DNA of 64,000 nucleotides from an uncultured virus (IMG/VR IMGVR_UViG_3300042276_000285) (IMGVR_UViG_3300042276_000285); one strand, 5' to 3'; positions 26,171 to 37,168 are shown, numbered from the stretch's first letter. Notes: generated by a model not told the origin, from the letters alone. Program-made: numbers and translations.

Positions 26171-28454
26171 ATATCAATACGAAGAAGCAGACAAATACGT
26201 AGTAGTAAACGACAACGATCCAGACCTGCGTCCTATCGTGTTGAGACTGCCAGAGCCACCGCCGTTGCACACAATAGACGGGTATGGACTGCCGCCGGAA
26301 GAACAGCGGTTCAAGAGGCTTGCTATTCCACGGCGTTTGATAGATTTGGAGGCAGAGGCTATTCTTCGAACAAAGGAAGATATAAAGTCAAACAAAAACA
26401 ATAAATTGACTTTAATAAAAATACAGAAGACATTTTGGAATTTAGTACAAGAAAGATACAAGCAACTAAGCAAGGAAATAGATTTTATTCGCCGTGTGTG
26501 GTATCACAGGATTAACGGATATTGGGTATTTATAAAAGGAAAGCCGTATTATCTTACAGGCAGATTTTTTTATTATTTGAATTTTTGTTACATGGACGTG
26601 CAGGGAGAGCGTCCAGAATACAGAGATTGTGACCGTCGTGAATACATTTTTAAGGAATATTGTTGGACTGCGTCAGAGACATTTGAAAAATTAGATGAAT
26701 TTGGATTTGCTGTTCCAGAGGAAGACGGTTCTTATAAAATGATTGATTTGGGAAGGCGTATTTGTTTTGGCGACGGACAGACAAAGAATAGGCGTAGGGG
26801 GAATACGTCAAAAGGCGTGTCTGACGGAGTTGAGGTTGTTACGAGAACCATAGGCACAGATGGAATGGGTTTGCAAAGCTATACCGAAGAAAGTGCAAAA
26901 GGTCATTTTAAGGGAAAAGTTCTGCCATTGTTTGATCACCTTCCCATATGGCTAAAGCCGTATACTGCATCGAACAGAATGACACTAAAATTTGAAACAG
27001 AAAAAAGCGATTTCGGTGATTTTGGATTAGACACAAGAATTGAATATGCAACTACGTCGTCTTCCAAGTTTTTTGATGGTAGGAAGATGATGTATCTTAT
27101 AATTGACGAAAGCGGCAAGACTTCAAATGTGTCTGTTTCAGAAAGATACAATGTTAACAAACACACACTTGCACAGGGTGACGGAATGATTATTCGTGGA
27201 TATGCAACGAATCCAAGTACCGTAGATCAATTGACAGATGGTTCTGGGGACTATCAGTTTTTAATGGAATCGTCTAATTTTTACAAAAGAATAAAATCAA
27301 AAGGACAAACACCAAGTGGACTGTTTCGCGTATTTATTCCTGCGCAGGATGGGTTAGAAGGATTTGTTGATAGTTATGGTTTTTCCGTTACGGGAAATGT
27401 GAAAGAATACCAGAAAAAAGAGGGATTTGATCAGACGGCAGAAAGCTATCTTATCGGAGAGCGTGAATTGCTTTTAAAGGAAAACACCCCAGAGTCATTA
27501 AAGAAACATAGAGAACACAAGCAGCTTTGGCCTATGCAGTATTCAGATAGCTGGATGGGGATATCAGGCGACATTGGACTCGACATAGAAAAGATAGACA
27601 GCCAGATTGCTGAATTGCGTAGGAAAAATGAAATAATAAGGGGAAATTTTGAATGGGCAGATCAATTTGGGAGAAAAGTTTTGTTTAAGCAAGACGATAT
27701 AAAGGGAAGGTTTTTCATGTCAAAAGATTCGCCGGACTATGTTCGCAACAAAATGGTTCGAGTGTCTTTTTTCAATCCATTTAAACAAAAAATGGAAGAA
27801 TCGTGGAAGCCCATGTACCCCGGAATGTTTACGGTTGGAGTAGACCCATTTAGACTTGGAGGAAAAGCAGACAGAAAGATATCTGATTCACTTGGAAAGA
27901 AGTCGAGCTTGTCAGACGGTGGTATGGCAATACTTTGGAACTACGATGCGTCTATTGACGGAGAAAAAAACAAAAGCGAATGGGAAAGCTATCGCTTTGT
28001 GCTGACATATCGTTACAGGCACAACAATACAGATGATTTTAATGAAGATGTTTTAAAGGCAGCTATTTATTTTGGTGGAATGGTGTACCCGGAAACAAAC
28101 GTTCCAAACACGTATGAATATTTTGTAAAACATGGTTTTGGTGGTTATCTTTTGTATGATGTCGATAAATACACCGGAAGGTTGAAGGACAAACCCGGTG
28201 TAGATTCACTTGAGCGATCCAAGCAAGAGATATTCAGTCTGTGGAGAGATTATGTGGATTATCGTTGCCACAAGGAGCAACATGCTGATTTATTGCATGA
28301 GCTGAAGGATATACAGGGCATGGAATACATGAGGCATTTTGACCTTGTTGCTGCTGGCGGCGTGGCGTTGCTTGGGGCAAAAAGTCCGTATGTGGAAACG
28401 TTAAAACGAGTAGAAGATAGAGACTACGATCTACAGGATTTTCTTTGGACATAG
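26157..28454 (+). CDS. terL: Terminase large subunit
   Basis: KNRRRGNT Walker A variant, YLIIDESGK Walker B, nuclease VGVDPF ... HFDLVAA. Confidence 0.85.
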   Translation: MEKCKYQYEEADKYVVVNDNDPDLRPIVLRLPEPPPLHTIDGYGLPPEEQRFKRLAIPRRLIDLEAEAILRTKEDIKSNKNNKLTLIKIQKTFWNLVQERYKQLSKEIDFIRRVWYHRINGYWVFIKGKPYYLTGRFFYYLNFCYMDVQGERPEYRDCDRREYIFKEYCWTASETFEKLDEFGFAVPEEDGSYKMIDLGRRICFGDGQTKNRRRGNTSKGVSDGVEVVTRTIGTDGMGLQSYTEESAKGHFKGKVLPLFDHLPIWLKPYTASNRMTLKFETEKSDFGDFGLDTRIEYATTSSSKFFDGRKMMYLIIDESGKTSNVSVSERYNVNKHTLAQGDGMIIRGYATNPSTVDQLTDGSGDYQFLMESSNFYKRIKSKGQTPSGLFRVFIPAQDGLEGFVDSYGFSVTGNVKEYQKKEGFDQTAESYLIGERELLLKENTPESLKKHREHKQLWPMQYSDSWMGISGDIGLDIEKIDSQIAELRRKNEIIRGNFEWADQFGRKVLFKQDDIKGRFFMSKDSPDYVRNKMVRVSFFNPFKQKMEESWKPMYPGMFTVGVDPFRLGGKADRKISDSLGKKSSLSDGGMAILWNYDASIDGEKNKSEWESYRFVLTYRYRHNNTDDFNEDVLKAAIYFGGMVYPETNVPNTYEYFVKHGFGGYLLYDVDKYTGRLKDKPGVDSLERSKQEIFSLWRDYVDYRCHKEQHADLLHELKDIQGMEYMRHFDLVAAGGVALLGAKSPYVETLKRVEDRDYDLQDFLWT

Positions 28455-28509
28455 CCTTTTTTACAACTGTTTTGTCTGCGTTGTATCTTTGCTGTAAAAT
28501 ATTTCAGGG

Positions 28510-30888
28510 ATGATATTTAAAGCAGCTGAATACGGGAAGTCAAAAAGAGTATTTCCAGACAGAGAAAGCAAGGATTTAGACAAAAATTCTGAACAATATA
28601 ATTTACAGATTGCAGAATATGTGTATTCTGAATTTTGTCGCGGTGGTACTTACGTTGGCTATGACTGGTACAGCGATGTTGACAGAAACAGAAAATATTC
28701 AGACGGAAGGCAAGACACTGGTATATACATGGATGCTTTTTATGGAAAAGAGCAATCCAACACTGTTATAGAAAACTTCGACAATGCAAACACGCGACTT
28801 GCCAAAAGAAATGCATACGCTACCCTGAACTTTGAAATCCAATCACCCGCCCCCAGATATGTAGATGCCATTGTAAATAAATTAGCTGAACTTGTCAACC
28901 GTGTATCTGTTGATGCGTCAGACAGGAGCAGTGCTGAATTGCGTGAAGAATTGAAGTGGGGAACCTATGTAGACGGAAAATTCAGGAACGAACTTGAATC
29001 GTTGCGTGCAATGGCAGGACTTCCACAGCAAGATATAGGATATACGCCAAGAAGCGTAGAGGAACTGAACCTATACGAGGCAGAAGGTGGGTTCAAGCTG
29101 GGATACGAGGAAGTCATGGAACGGCTTTTGAAATTTGCGTTTGAGCAATCCAATTGGGAAGAAAATAGCTTGGAGAGACACATAAAAGACCTAATCACAA
29201 GCGGTTTTACAGGGGCAGAAGACTACTACGACAAACACACTGGACAAGTTCTTACGAGATACTTAGACGCAGAATATGTGGGCGTTCAATACACCAAAGA
29301 AGATGCATACAGGAAACCAGACTTTGGTTTCTATACTCGTATGGTGAAGCTATCAGATTTGTATAAGCGCGGGTTAGACGAAGAAAAGCTGGACTCAGCT
29401 GCAAAAACATTTGAAGGAAAATATGGGAATCCAACGTCAGACGACCTGAACAAAGTAAACAAACAGCGTTCCGACTATTCAAAGTACGATCAGTACACCG
29501 TCCCCGTGTTTGTTGTAAAGTGGATAGACGTTGAATGGATAAGAGAAGCACAAAACAAAATACGAAAAGGAAAGGTTCGTACACGAAACGTGGACAGGGA
29601 ATACAAGCCAACCACAAGAGAGCAAATCATAGAAACAAGAACCAAGACACTTCGTGAAGTGCATTGGGTTATTGGAACAAACTTGGTGTATGACTATGGC
29701 AAGTGTGAGTTTCAGAACAGAGACGGATTGAATGAACCAGTCCTTCCGATTCACTTGGTTAAGGTGACCGGAACCCCCATAATCCCAAGAATTATTCCAT
29801 CGCTGGATCAGTACCAAATGGCATGGCTTAGGCTGCAACAGGGAATTAGTTTGGCTGCTATGAACGGGTATGCTATCAACATGGATGCTATCTCCAATTT
29901 AAGCATGGGAAGCAAGAAGATGTCACCGCGTGAAGTACTTAGATTTTGGAGGCAAACAGGAACACTTTTCTTTAAGCCAACCGACGTAGCGGGGAACGTT
30001 CATCAGGGCATGATAACACGCCCCGTGGAGCAACTGCCCGGTGGTGCAGGTGCCGTAATAAACGAAGCTCTTGTTATGATGGACGCAGCCATGCAGCAGA
30101 TAGAGAGGCTAACAGGAATAAACGATGTGGCAGTTGGCGGTGCGCCAGATAGGGGAACAGGAAAAGCCGTTACCGAATTTTCTATTGCCGGAACAAACGA
30201 CGTGTTAAAAGGAATACTCAAACAGGTAAACATACTTAAATCAGACGTTGCACGTGGCATGACAATGCGTTTACAGCACGTTATAGAGGCAGACGAGCGA
30301 GCAAGGAAAGCATACAGCTGGATAGGAGATAGTGCCATAGAACTGCTTAAAATCGCTAATGGCGGCGACGTGAAATATGGAATAAGAACCCACGTTAGAC
30401 CAACACAGCAGGATATAGCTGAATTGAAGGAAATGATTGCCTTGTCTTTGAAAAATGGAAGAGACGGAAAGGTTGGGATTACAGAGGCAGATGCGGTTCG
30501 TTTCAATGCTATGATAAATTCAGGAGCAAGTTTGAAGCGCGTGGCGTTGTTGTTAGACTTTGCCAACAAAAAGGCAAAAGAAGAAGCAGAGGCAAAAGAA
30601 ATGCGAATGATTCAGATAAACGCACAGCAACAGGCATATACGGCACAGGTGAACTCACAGGGAAGGGAGCAGGAACAGCAGATTAAAACACAATCTGAAA
30701 TAGAAGTACAAAATGCCAAGACGAAAGGTTCTATTTTGGAGAAGGCGTTTGAGAAAGGAGAGGTAAAGTGGGATCAGGCATTGTACCTCATAAGTGGTAG
30801 GACAGTTCAGGAAATGCAAGAGCCACAGCAACAGCAAATTGGACAGACACAAGAGCAGACACTTCCAATGCCGGAAGAAGCCGTTTAG
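28510..30888 (+). CDS. Portal protein
   Basis: 792 aa after terminase; LTGIND motif, Q-rich coiled C-terminus typical of podovirus/crAss portals. Confidence 0.8.
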   Translation: MIFKAAEYGKSKRVFPDRESKDLDKNSEQYNLQIAEYVYSEFCRGGTYVGYDWYSDVDRNRKYSDGRQDTGIYMDAFYGKEQSNTVIENFDNANTRLAKRNAYATLNFEIQSPAPRYVDAIVNKLAELVNRVSVDASDRSSAELREELKWGTYVDGKFRNELESLRAMAGLPQQDIGYTPRSVEELNLYEAEGGFKLGYEEVMERLLKFAFEQSNWEENSLERHIKDLITSGFTGAEDYYDKHTGQVLTRYLDAEYVGVQYTKEDAYRKPDFGFYTRMVKLSDLYKRGLDEEKLDSAAKTFEGKYGNPTSDDLNKVNKQRSDYSKYDQYTVPVFVVKWIDVEWIREAQNKIRKGKVRTRNVDREYKPTTREQIIETRTKTLREVHWVIGTNLVYDYGKCEFQNRDGLNEPVLPIHLVKVTGTPIIPRIIPSLDQYQMAWLRLQQGISLAAMNGYAINMDAISNLSMGSKKMSPREVLRFWRQTGTLFFKPTDVAGNVHQGMITRPVEQLPGGAGAVINEALVMMDAAMQQIERLTGINDVAVGGAPDRGTGKAVTEFSIAGTNDVLKGILKQVNILKSDVARGMTMRLQHVIEADERARKAYSWIGDSAIELLKIANGGDVKYGIRTHVRPTQQDIAELKEMIALSLKNGRDGKVGITEADAVRFNAMINSGASLKRVALLLDFANKKAKEEAEAKEMRMIQINAQQQAYTAQVNSQGREQEQQIKTQSEIEVQNAKTKGSILEKAFEKGEVKWDQALYLISGRTVQEMQEPQQQQIGQTQEQTLPMPEEAV

Positions 30889-30944
30889 TGCTTTTTTAAG
30901 AGAATAAAAAAGACAATATATCTTTGTAAACAAAAAAATACAAC

Positions 30945-32051
30945 ATGGAAGAACAGGGAATTGTAGGAAGGGTAATAGACAAAGAACAATATCTTTCGCG
31001 GATGCCGAAGGATGTCGTTGAAACAAAGGACGAAGTTGTAGAAAAGACAGATGTTGTAGAACCGGGTGCCGTTGAAGAAAAGCCAGTGCAGCCGGTTTCC
31101 AGTGAAGAAAAACCGGAGCAGAAGGCATCAGAGGAAAAAGTGGTAGACTTCGTGAATTTATTCAACGAGAAATTTGGGAAAGACTTTAAGGAAGAAAAAG
31201 AAATAATAGCGTTATTTGACAAAGTTGGTGGTTACGACGAGTTGGAAAAATCCAATAAAGACTTGCTGGCAAAACTTGGCGACTACAAAAAAGTTGCAGA
31301 CGGTGTAAACCCGATGAAGTATTTTGCCTCCGAAGACGATTTTATCAGGAATCAGTTTTTGCTGAAGAACAAAGATAAATTCGACGAAAGCAAGTTGGAA
31401 GTATTGTCTTCGCTTAGTCCAGAGCGCATATCAAAATTGTCTCCTGTTGAAGCTATTAAAAAAGACTTGGTTGTCAACAATGGTGTTTCAGCGGAAGACG
31501 CAGAGGAATACGTTTCTGAGACATATGGCGATTTAGACGATATGTCGGGAGCAGCAAAAGTAAAACTTCAATTGGCGGCAAAAGAAGCCAAAGGGCGTTT
31601 GACGGGCTTGTATGAGGGAATTGAAGTCCCTAAGGGTGTAAGCGTGGACGAACACTTGGTGCAGCGCAGAGATTCGTGGCAGAAGTCTGTGAAGGCAACC
31701 GTTGATGGAATAGACAAATTGTTGCTTGCTGACGGCGTGGATGTGGAAATTCCGGCAGAGTCGAAAGAAGGAGTTGCAGACGAGCTTGTGTCTATGGTCT
31801 TAAATAGCGGAATGGAGCTGACAGAAGAAAATCTTAAATCCGTGGCAGGAAAAGCAAGAGACATTCTTTTGGCAAGAAACATTGACGACGCTATGAAAGC
31901 ATATGCGGCAACAAAAATAGAAGAAGAAAAGGCTAAATGGAGAGCCGACATTCACAATGACAAGCCGTTGAGTACTGACGTAAGTGGATCTACAAAAGCG
32001 ACAAGAACCAATGACGACATAGTCAAAAACTTCGCATTGTTAAACAGATAA
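30945..32051 (+). CDS. Putative capsid scaffolding protein
   Basis: Acidic, helical, between portal and capsid. Confidence 0.6.
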   Translation: MEEQGIVGRVIDKEQYLSRMPKDVVETKDEVVEKTDVVEPGAVEEKPVQPVSSEEKPEQKASEEKVVDFVNLFNEKFGKDFKEEKEIIALFDKVGGYDELEKSNKDLLAKLGDYKKVADGVNPMKYFASEDDFIRNQFLLKNKDKFDESKLEVLSSLSPERISKLSPVEAIKKDLVVNNGVSAEDAEEYVSETYGDLDDMSGAAKVKLQLAAKEAKGRLTGLYEGIEVPKGVSVDEHLVQRRDSWQKSVKATVDGIDKLLLADGVDVEIPAESKEGVADELVSMVLNSGMELTEENLKSVAGKARDILLARNIDDAMKAYAATKIEEEKAKWRADIHNDKPLSTDVSGSTKATRTNDDIVKNFALLNR

Positions 32052-32063
32052 AATGAATGAAAC

Positions 32064-33491
32064 ATGTCTTTAGTTAATAGTAATTACAGAGAATCAACAG
32101 CCACCCAGTCGTGGTACAATCAGACTTTTGCGTCTATATATGATGCAGAGTTGAAACCACAGACTTTGGGTGAGTTGATTTATCGCTACGGAGACGGCTT
32201 GTCTGTGACAGGTATTCTCCACATGGCAAACAGGGTTATTCCTGTTAAAAGCCCGAACATCACAATTTTTGAAAAAGGAGCGCCCACTCGTCCTGTTAAG
32301 GTGTCAATTGCTACCAGTGTAGATGCTTCTGCTGGTGTAACAGTTACCCCGGCAACAGACGACGATTCAGACGACTACCTTCGTGCAGGTCTGACAATTG
32401 TCATTCCTAAGTCTTTTACAAACAAAGACAAAGACGTGGAATTGGTACTTTCTTATGCTGATTCTACGTGGACTGGTACTCCGCTTGTATCTGGACTGCA
32501 AATAACAACTGCACTGTCCGATGAATACGTATTTGTTGGAGCCAGTGCGTTTGGGTACGGAACAGCACAGCCAGACCCGATGGCTTCCGGCAGCTATTCT
32601 TACGAGACCAAAGACCGTATTATAAAAGACACCTCTGGTGTTGAAGGCGGTCAGGTTTATCAGGAACGTTGGGAAGAAATTGAAATGGCAGGTGGACGAA
32701 AAGGTGTGCTGACACAATCGTTGATGGAAATGGACTTCAGGGTAGACGATCAATATGATTCAGCCCTGTTGATTGGAGATGAAAACGCCAACACTACCAA
32801 CCTCGTTGCTACCAGCGTCAGTGGTGCTTCACAGGCAATCCCGTCTTTCAATGGGTTGATTGCAGAAATGAAATCCAAAGGACAAGAACTGGAGTGGACT
32901 ACTGGTTTCGACATTGACAAGTTCCGTGCAGTAAAAGTTCTGTTGGAAAACGTGGGTATCACCAATCGCGGTGTTGATTTCTTCGTTGGTACGGACTTGA
33001 ATTCTAACATTGAAACAGAAATGTTGGACTTCCTGAATGCTTATTCACCGGGTCACAGTTTGTGGGATATGGTTAAAGGGGTAGGTTTCAACGTTAAGAA
33101 ACTGAACATTAACGGCGTTATGTTCTACATCAATGAACTTGGTGCGTTCTCTAACCCGAACAAGTTTGGTTTGAGTAACTATGGATACCGTGACATGGGT
33201 CTTATGTTACCGCAGGGGGACTATGCTGCTCAATTGCAACAGAACGGAATTCAGGAAAATGTACGTCTGCCTCACCTGTCGATTGGATATCCGGCAAACA
33301 ACGGCGAAAACAGAAAACGTAAGTTCTCTATTGAACCCGGTGTAAATGGATTAGAGGGAATGGGAAGCATTGTTTCCAATGCATACGACGGTGTTAAGGT
33401 CTATACCATTGCACATATGGTTCCGATCTTCACACACATGCACCAGACCATTTTGGTAGAAAAAGATGAAACATCAGGCGTAGGAGCTTAA
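32064..33491 (+). CDS. Major capsid protein
   Basis: 475 aa, position after scaffold, high-expression codon usage, FNGLI motif. Confidence 0.75.
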   Translation: MSLVNSNYRESTATQSWYNQTFASIYDAELKPQTLGELIYRYGDGLSVTGILHMANRVIPVKSPNITIFEKGAPTRPVKVSIATSVDASAGVTVTPATDDDSDDYLRAGLTIVIPKSFTNKDKDVELVLSYADSTWTGTPLVSGLQITTALSDEYVFVGASAFGYGTAQPDPMASGSYSYETKDRIIKDTSGVEGGQVYQERWEEIEMAGGRKGVLTQSLMEMDFRVDDQYDSALLIGDENANTTNLVATSVSGASQAIPSFNGLIAEMKSKGQELEWTTGFDIDKFRAVKVLLENVGITNRGVDFFVGTDLNSNIETEMLDFLNAYSPGHSLWDMVKGVGFNVKKLNINGVMFYINELGAFSNPNKFGLSNYGYRDMGLMLPQGDYAAQLQQNGIQENVRLPHLSIGYPANNGENRKRKFSIEPGVNGLEGMGSIVSNAYDGVKVYTIAHMVPIFTHMHQTILVEKDETSGVGA

Positions 33492-33508
33492 AAAAAGGAG
33501 GTATTAAG

Positions 33509-33997
33509 ATGAAAAAGTTAATTGTAATTGTATCACTGCTTGTTTTTGCGATGCTTAGTTATTCGCAGGACATTACAGTCACAGGGCTAAAAGCTTCCGT
33601 AGATGCCTTTGTTGATGTTTCCGGATCGACAAACGAGTCTTACATATACAAGTATCCAAGCGAAAGTGCTGATACGTTGATAGAAAGTGAAACTTGGAAT
33701 TTCGACATTGGGATATTGAAGGATTATTCGGCTGATCTTAAATACGAAGCGCGTGTTGCCATTGACAGCATTAGCGGTACGCCTTCGTTGAATATTATTT
33801 TGCAGGGTAAATATTCATGGAACGATAGTTATACATCTTTAGACACAGTTGCGTGGGCAGGGACAAGCTCTGACACTACCGCCGTGTTTACTTACAGTAC
33901 AGCTAAAAACTATCGGTTTGTGAATATTGCCATTGTTGCTGATGCTACCGACCAAAAGGTGCAGGTAGAGAGAATTGAATTTGGAGTATATGACTAA
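33509..33997 (+). CDS. Signal-peptide-bearing beta-rich protein
   Basis: MKKLIVIVSLLVFAMLSYS-Q. Confidence 0.75.
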   Translation: MKKLIVIVSLLVFAMLSYSQDITVTGLKASVDAFVDVSGSTNESYIYKYPSESADTLIESETWNFDIGILKDYSADLKYEARVAIDSISGTPSLNIILQGKYSWNDSYTSLDTVAWAGTSSDTTAVFTYSTAKNYRFVNIAIVADATDQKVQVERIEFGVYD

Positions 33998-34053
33998 CAG
34001 GTTGGGGCTTTTGCCCCTTCCTTTTTTCAACACAGAGAAAAATACAAAACAAC

Positions 34054-35097
34054 ATGATATTTTATTTAGACAAATTGGTTGACTGGAACAGGCGAACCGG
34101 CCTGTCAGAACTTGAGAGACAAGTAAAAGAAGAAATTGAACAAATCCGTTCAGAATTCTTTTCAGAAAATTCACCACAACTTGTAAGGCTTATTTATCCA
34201 AAAGGAGCAGCAGAGAAAGTACACCACGTTCACGGCGTGTTGCGTAAGTTTCCTATTGACCTGTTGAGTCCTGACGGTGTTTGGAGATATTCAAAGTCAC
34301 GTCCGAAGATGTTAAAAAGCGGAAAACTGGACTACGGAGATCGTCACCTGTTTGTACTTCATACGAATAAGTTTTCAGAGAAAGATATTGAACTCATTTG
34401 GTACTTGAAGAACAAAGCGTCGTCGCTTAAAAATGGCAAGGTGTATATTGAAAATCTGGAAGCAGAAGCCAAACAACAGGTAGAGGAAATGTCAACAGAG
34501 GCAGACATTCGTTATATGATAATGGGTAACACCTCTCCGGTGGCTAAGAACGAAAAGCTGATAAAGGAAGCGGCAGAGATTTTTGGCGTGAAAGACGTTG
34601 ACAAAATGAAAATCAATCAGATAAAAATGTCTTTGTATGATAAAATAGTAGAAGGAGAAAAGGCCAAAGACAGGTTTGCCAACTTCAATAAGTTTGAAGA
34701 AATTGTAGAAGGCAACGTGAAGCGCAAAGCTGCTTTTATCACGCGGCGTGCCATAAACGACAGCATTGTTGGATACAGAGACAGAGCTTGGTGGATAAAA
34801 GAAGGGCGTGAATATGTAGAGAAATTAATAAACATACGTCCCGTTGACGTAGAACAGCGTGTAGAATTGTTGATAGAAGAAGTAATCAACAATCCTAACA
34901 TACGAAGCAGGCTGTTTGCGGTGATGGGAGAATCAGAAAACACGACAGTAGAAGAACTGTGGGAGTTGGATCGTCCGACTCTTATGAGACATGCAAAAGA
35001 CAGAGGGTTGCCAACGAGTACCAAGTCTACGAAGACTGAATTGGTAGAGATGTTGTGTAAAGACATGGAGATCGAATTTAAACCTGAATCTGCATAG
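34054..35097 (+). CDS. Hypothetical protein with C-terminal Rho-N/HeH-like motif
   Basis: LMRHAKDRGL..STKTELVEML. Confidence 0.7.
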   Translation: MIFYLDKLVDWNRRTGLSELERQVKEEIEQIRSEFFSENSPQLVRLIYPKGAAEKVHHVHGVLRKFPIDLLSPDGVWRYSKSRPKMLKSGKLDYGDRHLFVLHTNKFSEKDIELIWYLKNKASSLKNGKVYIENLEAEAKQQVEEMSTEADIRYMIMGNTSPVAKNEKLIKEAAEIFGVKDVDKMKINQIKMSLYDKIVEGEKAKDRFANFNKFEEIVEGNVKRKAAFITRRAINDSIVGYRDRAWWIKEGREYVEKLINIRPVDVEQRVELLIEEVINNPNIRSRLFAVMGESENTTVEELWELDRPTLMRHAKDRGLPTSTKSTKTELVEMLCKDMEIEFKPESA

Positions 35098-35125
35098 TTT
35101 TGTAGGTTTCTTCTCGTGTTGTATC

Positions 35126-35157
35126 GGGGGTGGCTGTTGAGTCGCCCCCTTTTTTTA
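35126..35157 (+). terminator. Rho-independent terminator upstream of array 2 promoter
   Basis: GGGGGTGGCT-gttg-AGTCGCCCCC followed by a T run. Confidence 0.75.
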
Positions 35158-35259
35158 TTCACAAATACTTGCATCGATGCGACTTATTTTCTATCTTTGC
35201 TAACGTTTCCGCCATGAGTAGTGGCGGTTTTAGAACTACTCACTTTAAATAACAAAATA

Positions 35260-35592
35260 ATGAGCGAATTTGAAAACGGATATTATTGGGTAAGTTATAA
35301 AGGTATGAAACCTGTAATTATGGAAAAAGATAATTATGGATGGAATGCTATGGGTATAGAAACCGAACCAGATTTAACAGATTATAAAGTATTAGGAAAG
35401 GTAAGCGAATGGGATTTGAGCGTACCACAAGCAAATGAATTATCACCGCATGTTAGCGGTAGTGCTTTTCCTAAGTACGATTGCGATGATTGTAAACACT
35501 ACCCCTGCCAAACAGAACCAGATAGCCACGGAAGCCGACAAAGAAAAATAGAATACGGTAAATGCGGAGACCATAGCGAAAGATGTGATTAG
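35260..35592 (+). CDS. Hypothetical fusion protein, Cys-rich C-terminus
   Basis: Junction peptide NELSPHVSGSA. Confidence 0.65.
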   Translation: MSEFENGYYWVSYKGMKPVIMEKDNYGWNAMGIETEPDLTDYKVLGKVSEWDLSVPQANELSPHVSGSAFPKYDCDDCKHYPCQTEPDSHGSRQRKIEYGKCGDHSERCD

Positions 35593-35598
35593 CATTAC

Positions 35599-35965
35599 CG
35601 CTAACGGTAAATGCAAGGGTATGTGCTGCCATGAAAGTTGCACAGACAATGATACGAGTAAACGACAAAACAAATAAAAGCGATGGAAAAAATAACTTAT
35701 TACACAAACAGCGGTGAATTTATAGCTGACAAATTACTGCCATGTCCTTTTTGTGGGGGTGAGCCTGAATTTATAACAATCGGAAACTACCACACAAAGA
35801 GTAGAAAAGCACAAATTGAATGTACCAAATGCCATGTAAGGCGAACAACTGGCACAATTAGAAATGACCTTGAATGGTGTGGACGTAAAGCAATTGAGGC
35901 TTGGAACGCGCGTTGGCAAGACAGTTCGGACGAGAGCGCAGCATTACCTTTGCATGATGTTAGCG
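35599..35965 (-). repeat. attC-like site sharing its shell with 6776-7057
   Basis: GCTAACGGTAAATGCAAGGGTATGTGCTGCC and GGACGAGAGCGCAGCATTACCTTTGCATG identical to the reverse complement of site 12. Confidence 0.9.
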
Positions 35966-36120
35966 CGTCGTTGCTTAAAAAATACATGACTTTGATAATT
36001 GATTGTGAAGGAGTGGACTTCCTTTATAAAATAGATACAATGCAAGATACACAGGAATGGACAGACGAAGAGGTTGAAGCTTTAACTGAACTTTCAGAAT
36101 CAATTAGCAATGCGCGCTAA
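35683..36120 (+). CDS. Lar-like (restriction alleviation) Zn-binding domain fused to a cassette body
   Basis: LLPCPFCGGE ... IECTKC ... AIEAWN. Confidence 0.7.
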   Translation: MEKITYYTNSGEFIADKLLPCPFCGGEPEFITIGNYHTKSRKAQIECTKCHVRRTTGTIRNDLEWCGRKAIEAWNARWQDSSDESAALPLHDVSASLLKKYMTLIIDCEGVDFLYKIDTMQDTQEWTDEEVEALTELSESISNAR

Positions 36121-36233
36121 CGGTTTGTACAAGTTGCGTTTTAAAACTGACGATTATTTGAAATACTAAAGTAATATTTTTAAAAGCGAAGCGGGGGCGT
36201 TTTCTCCTGCATAAATTTAATACATACAGCAAA

Positions 36234-36929
36234 ATGAAAAATTTAAAAGAAATGACAGAACAAGAAATTCTTGCGTTAACAGATGAAGAAATTACGCTTA
36301 GAATTAAGCTGAAAAAGGCAGAAGAAGGAATTAAATTAGTTCCAAAACCCAAAATGCCTTCCTATTTTGATATTGAAGAACCTGACAAAACAGTTTATTA
36401 TTGCGAGTTATTCGGTGATGATTTGTGTTTTGAAAGCATGGAAGAACTTACTAAATTGATTCAATTGATTTCTGGTAGCGAAACAAAATGTTCGGTTACC
36501 TATGACTACAATAAAGCCGGGTCTGAATATTCTTATATCACGTCAAAAATGAAAACACGTGGTTACAGCTATAAAGAATGGAGTGTGACTGGTTCGAAAC
36601 GTGTTTATTCAATCGAAAAATACAATGCTTGTGTTGATATGATTGCTCAGAACAAAAAAATGAAAGAGCAATATGAAAAAGAATTAAAAGAATATGAAGC
36701 TGCTATTTCGGAAGCCAAATGGATTGAAGATGAAATAAACGACCGTGTTCGCGAAGTTCGTGACAAATATTGGAAACTAAATGAATATTGCCGTAAATTT
36801 AAACTTGATTATTTGCCACTTGCAGACGAAAATGAAGACGTGGCAATGAAGTTTATGGATAAAGCATATTCGTTAACTGACGAACAAAAGGAATACGTTC
36901 TATCAAATTATGCAGGATTAAATTCCTAA
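36234..36929 (+). CDS. Hypothetical protein inside attC loop
   Basis: 231-aa ORF. Confidence 0.8.
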   Translation: MKNLKEMTEQEILALTDEEITLRIKLKKAEEGIKLVPKPKMPSYFDIEEPDKTVYYCELFGDDLCFESMEELTKLIQLISGSETKCSVTYDYNKAGSEYSYITSKMKTRGYSYKEWSVTGSKRVYSIEKYNACVDMIAQNKKMKEQYEKELKEYEAAISEAKWIEDEINDRVREVRDKYWKLNEYCRKFKLDYLPLADENEDVAMKFMDKAYSLTDEQKEYVLSNYAGLNS

Positions 36930-37168
36930 ACAGCTTTGCTGTATGCGGGAGGGGCTTTTAAAAATATGGTTAATTAAGCTCCACCGTTGATTAGATGCAC
37001 GGCAAAAATGCAATTTGTACTTTGTTATAAACTGTAGCCGTGCTTCTTCTAATCTTTTTAAACATACAGTTTTCACGGCTATTGTTTATAACGGTTGGTG
37101 TTTGTTTAGTTTGCCAACCGGATTGCAGAGAATTTTAATTGAAATACTAAAATATCAAATTACGCGCG

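Noticed and set aside
26157..28454. Intein or intron in terminase
   Set aside because: Continuous ORF; no intein splice or homing-endonuclease motifs recognised.
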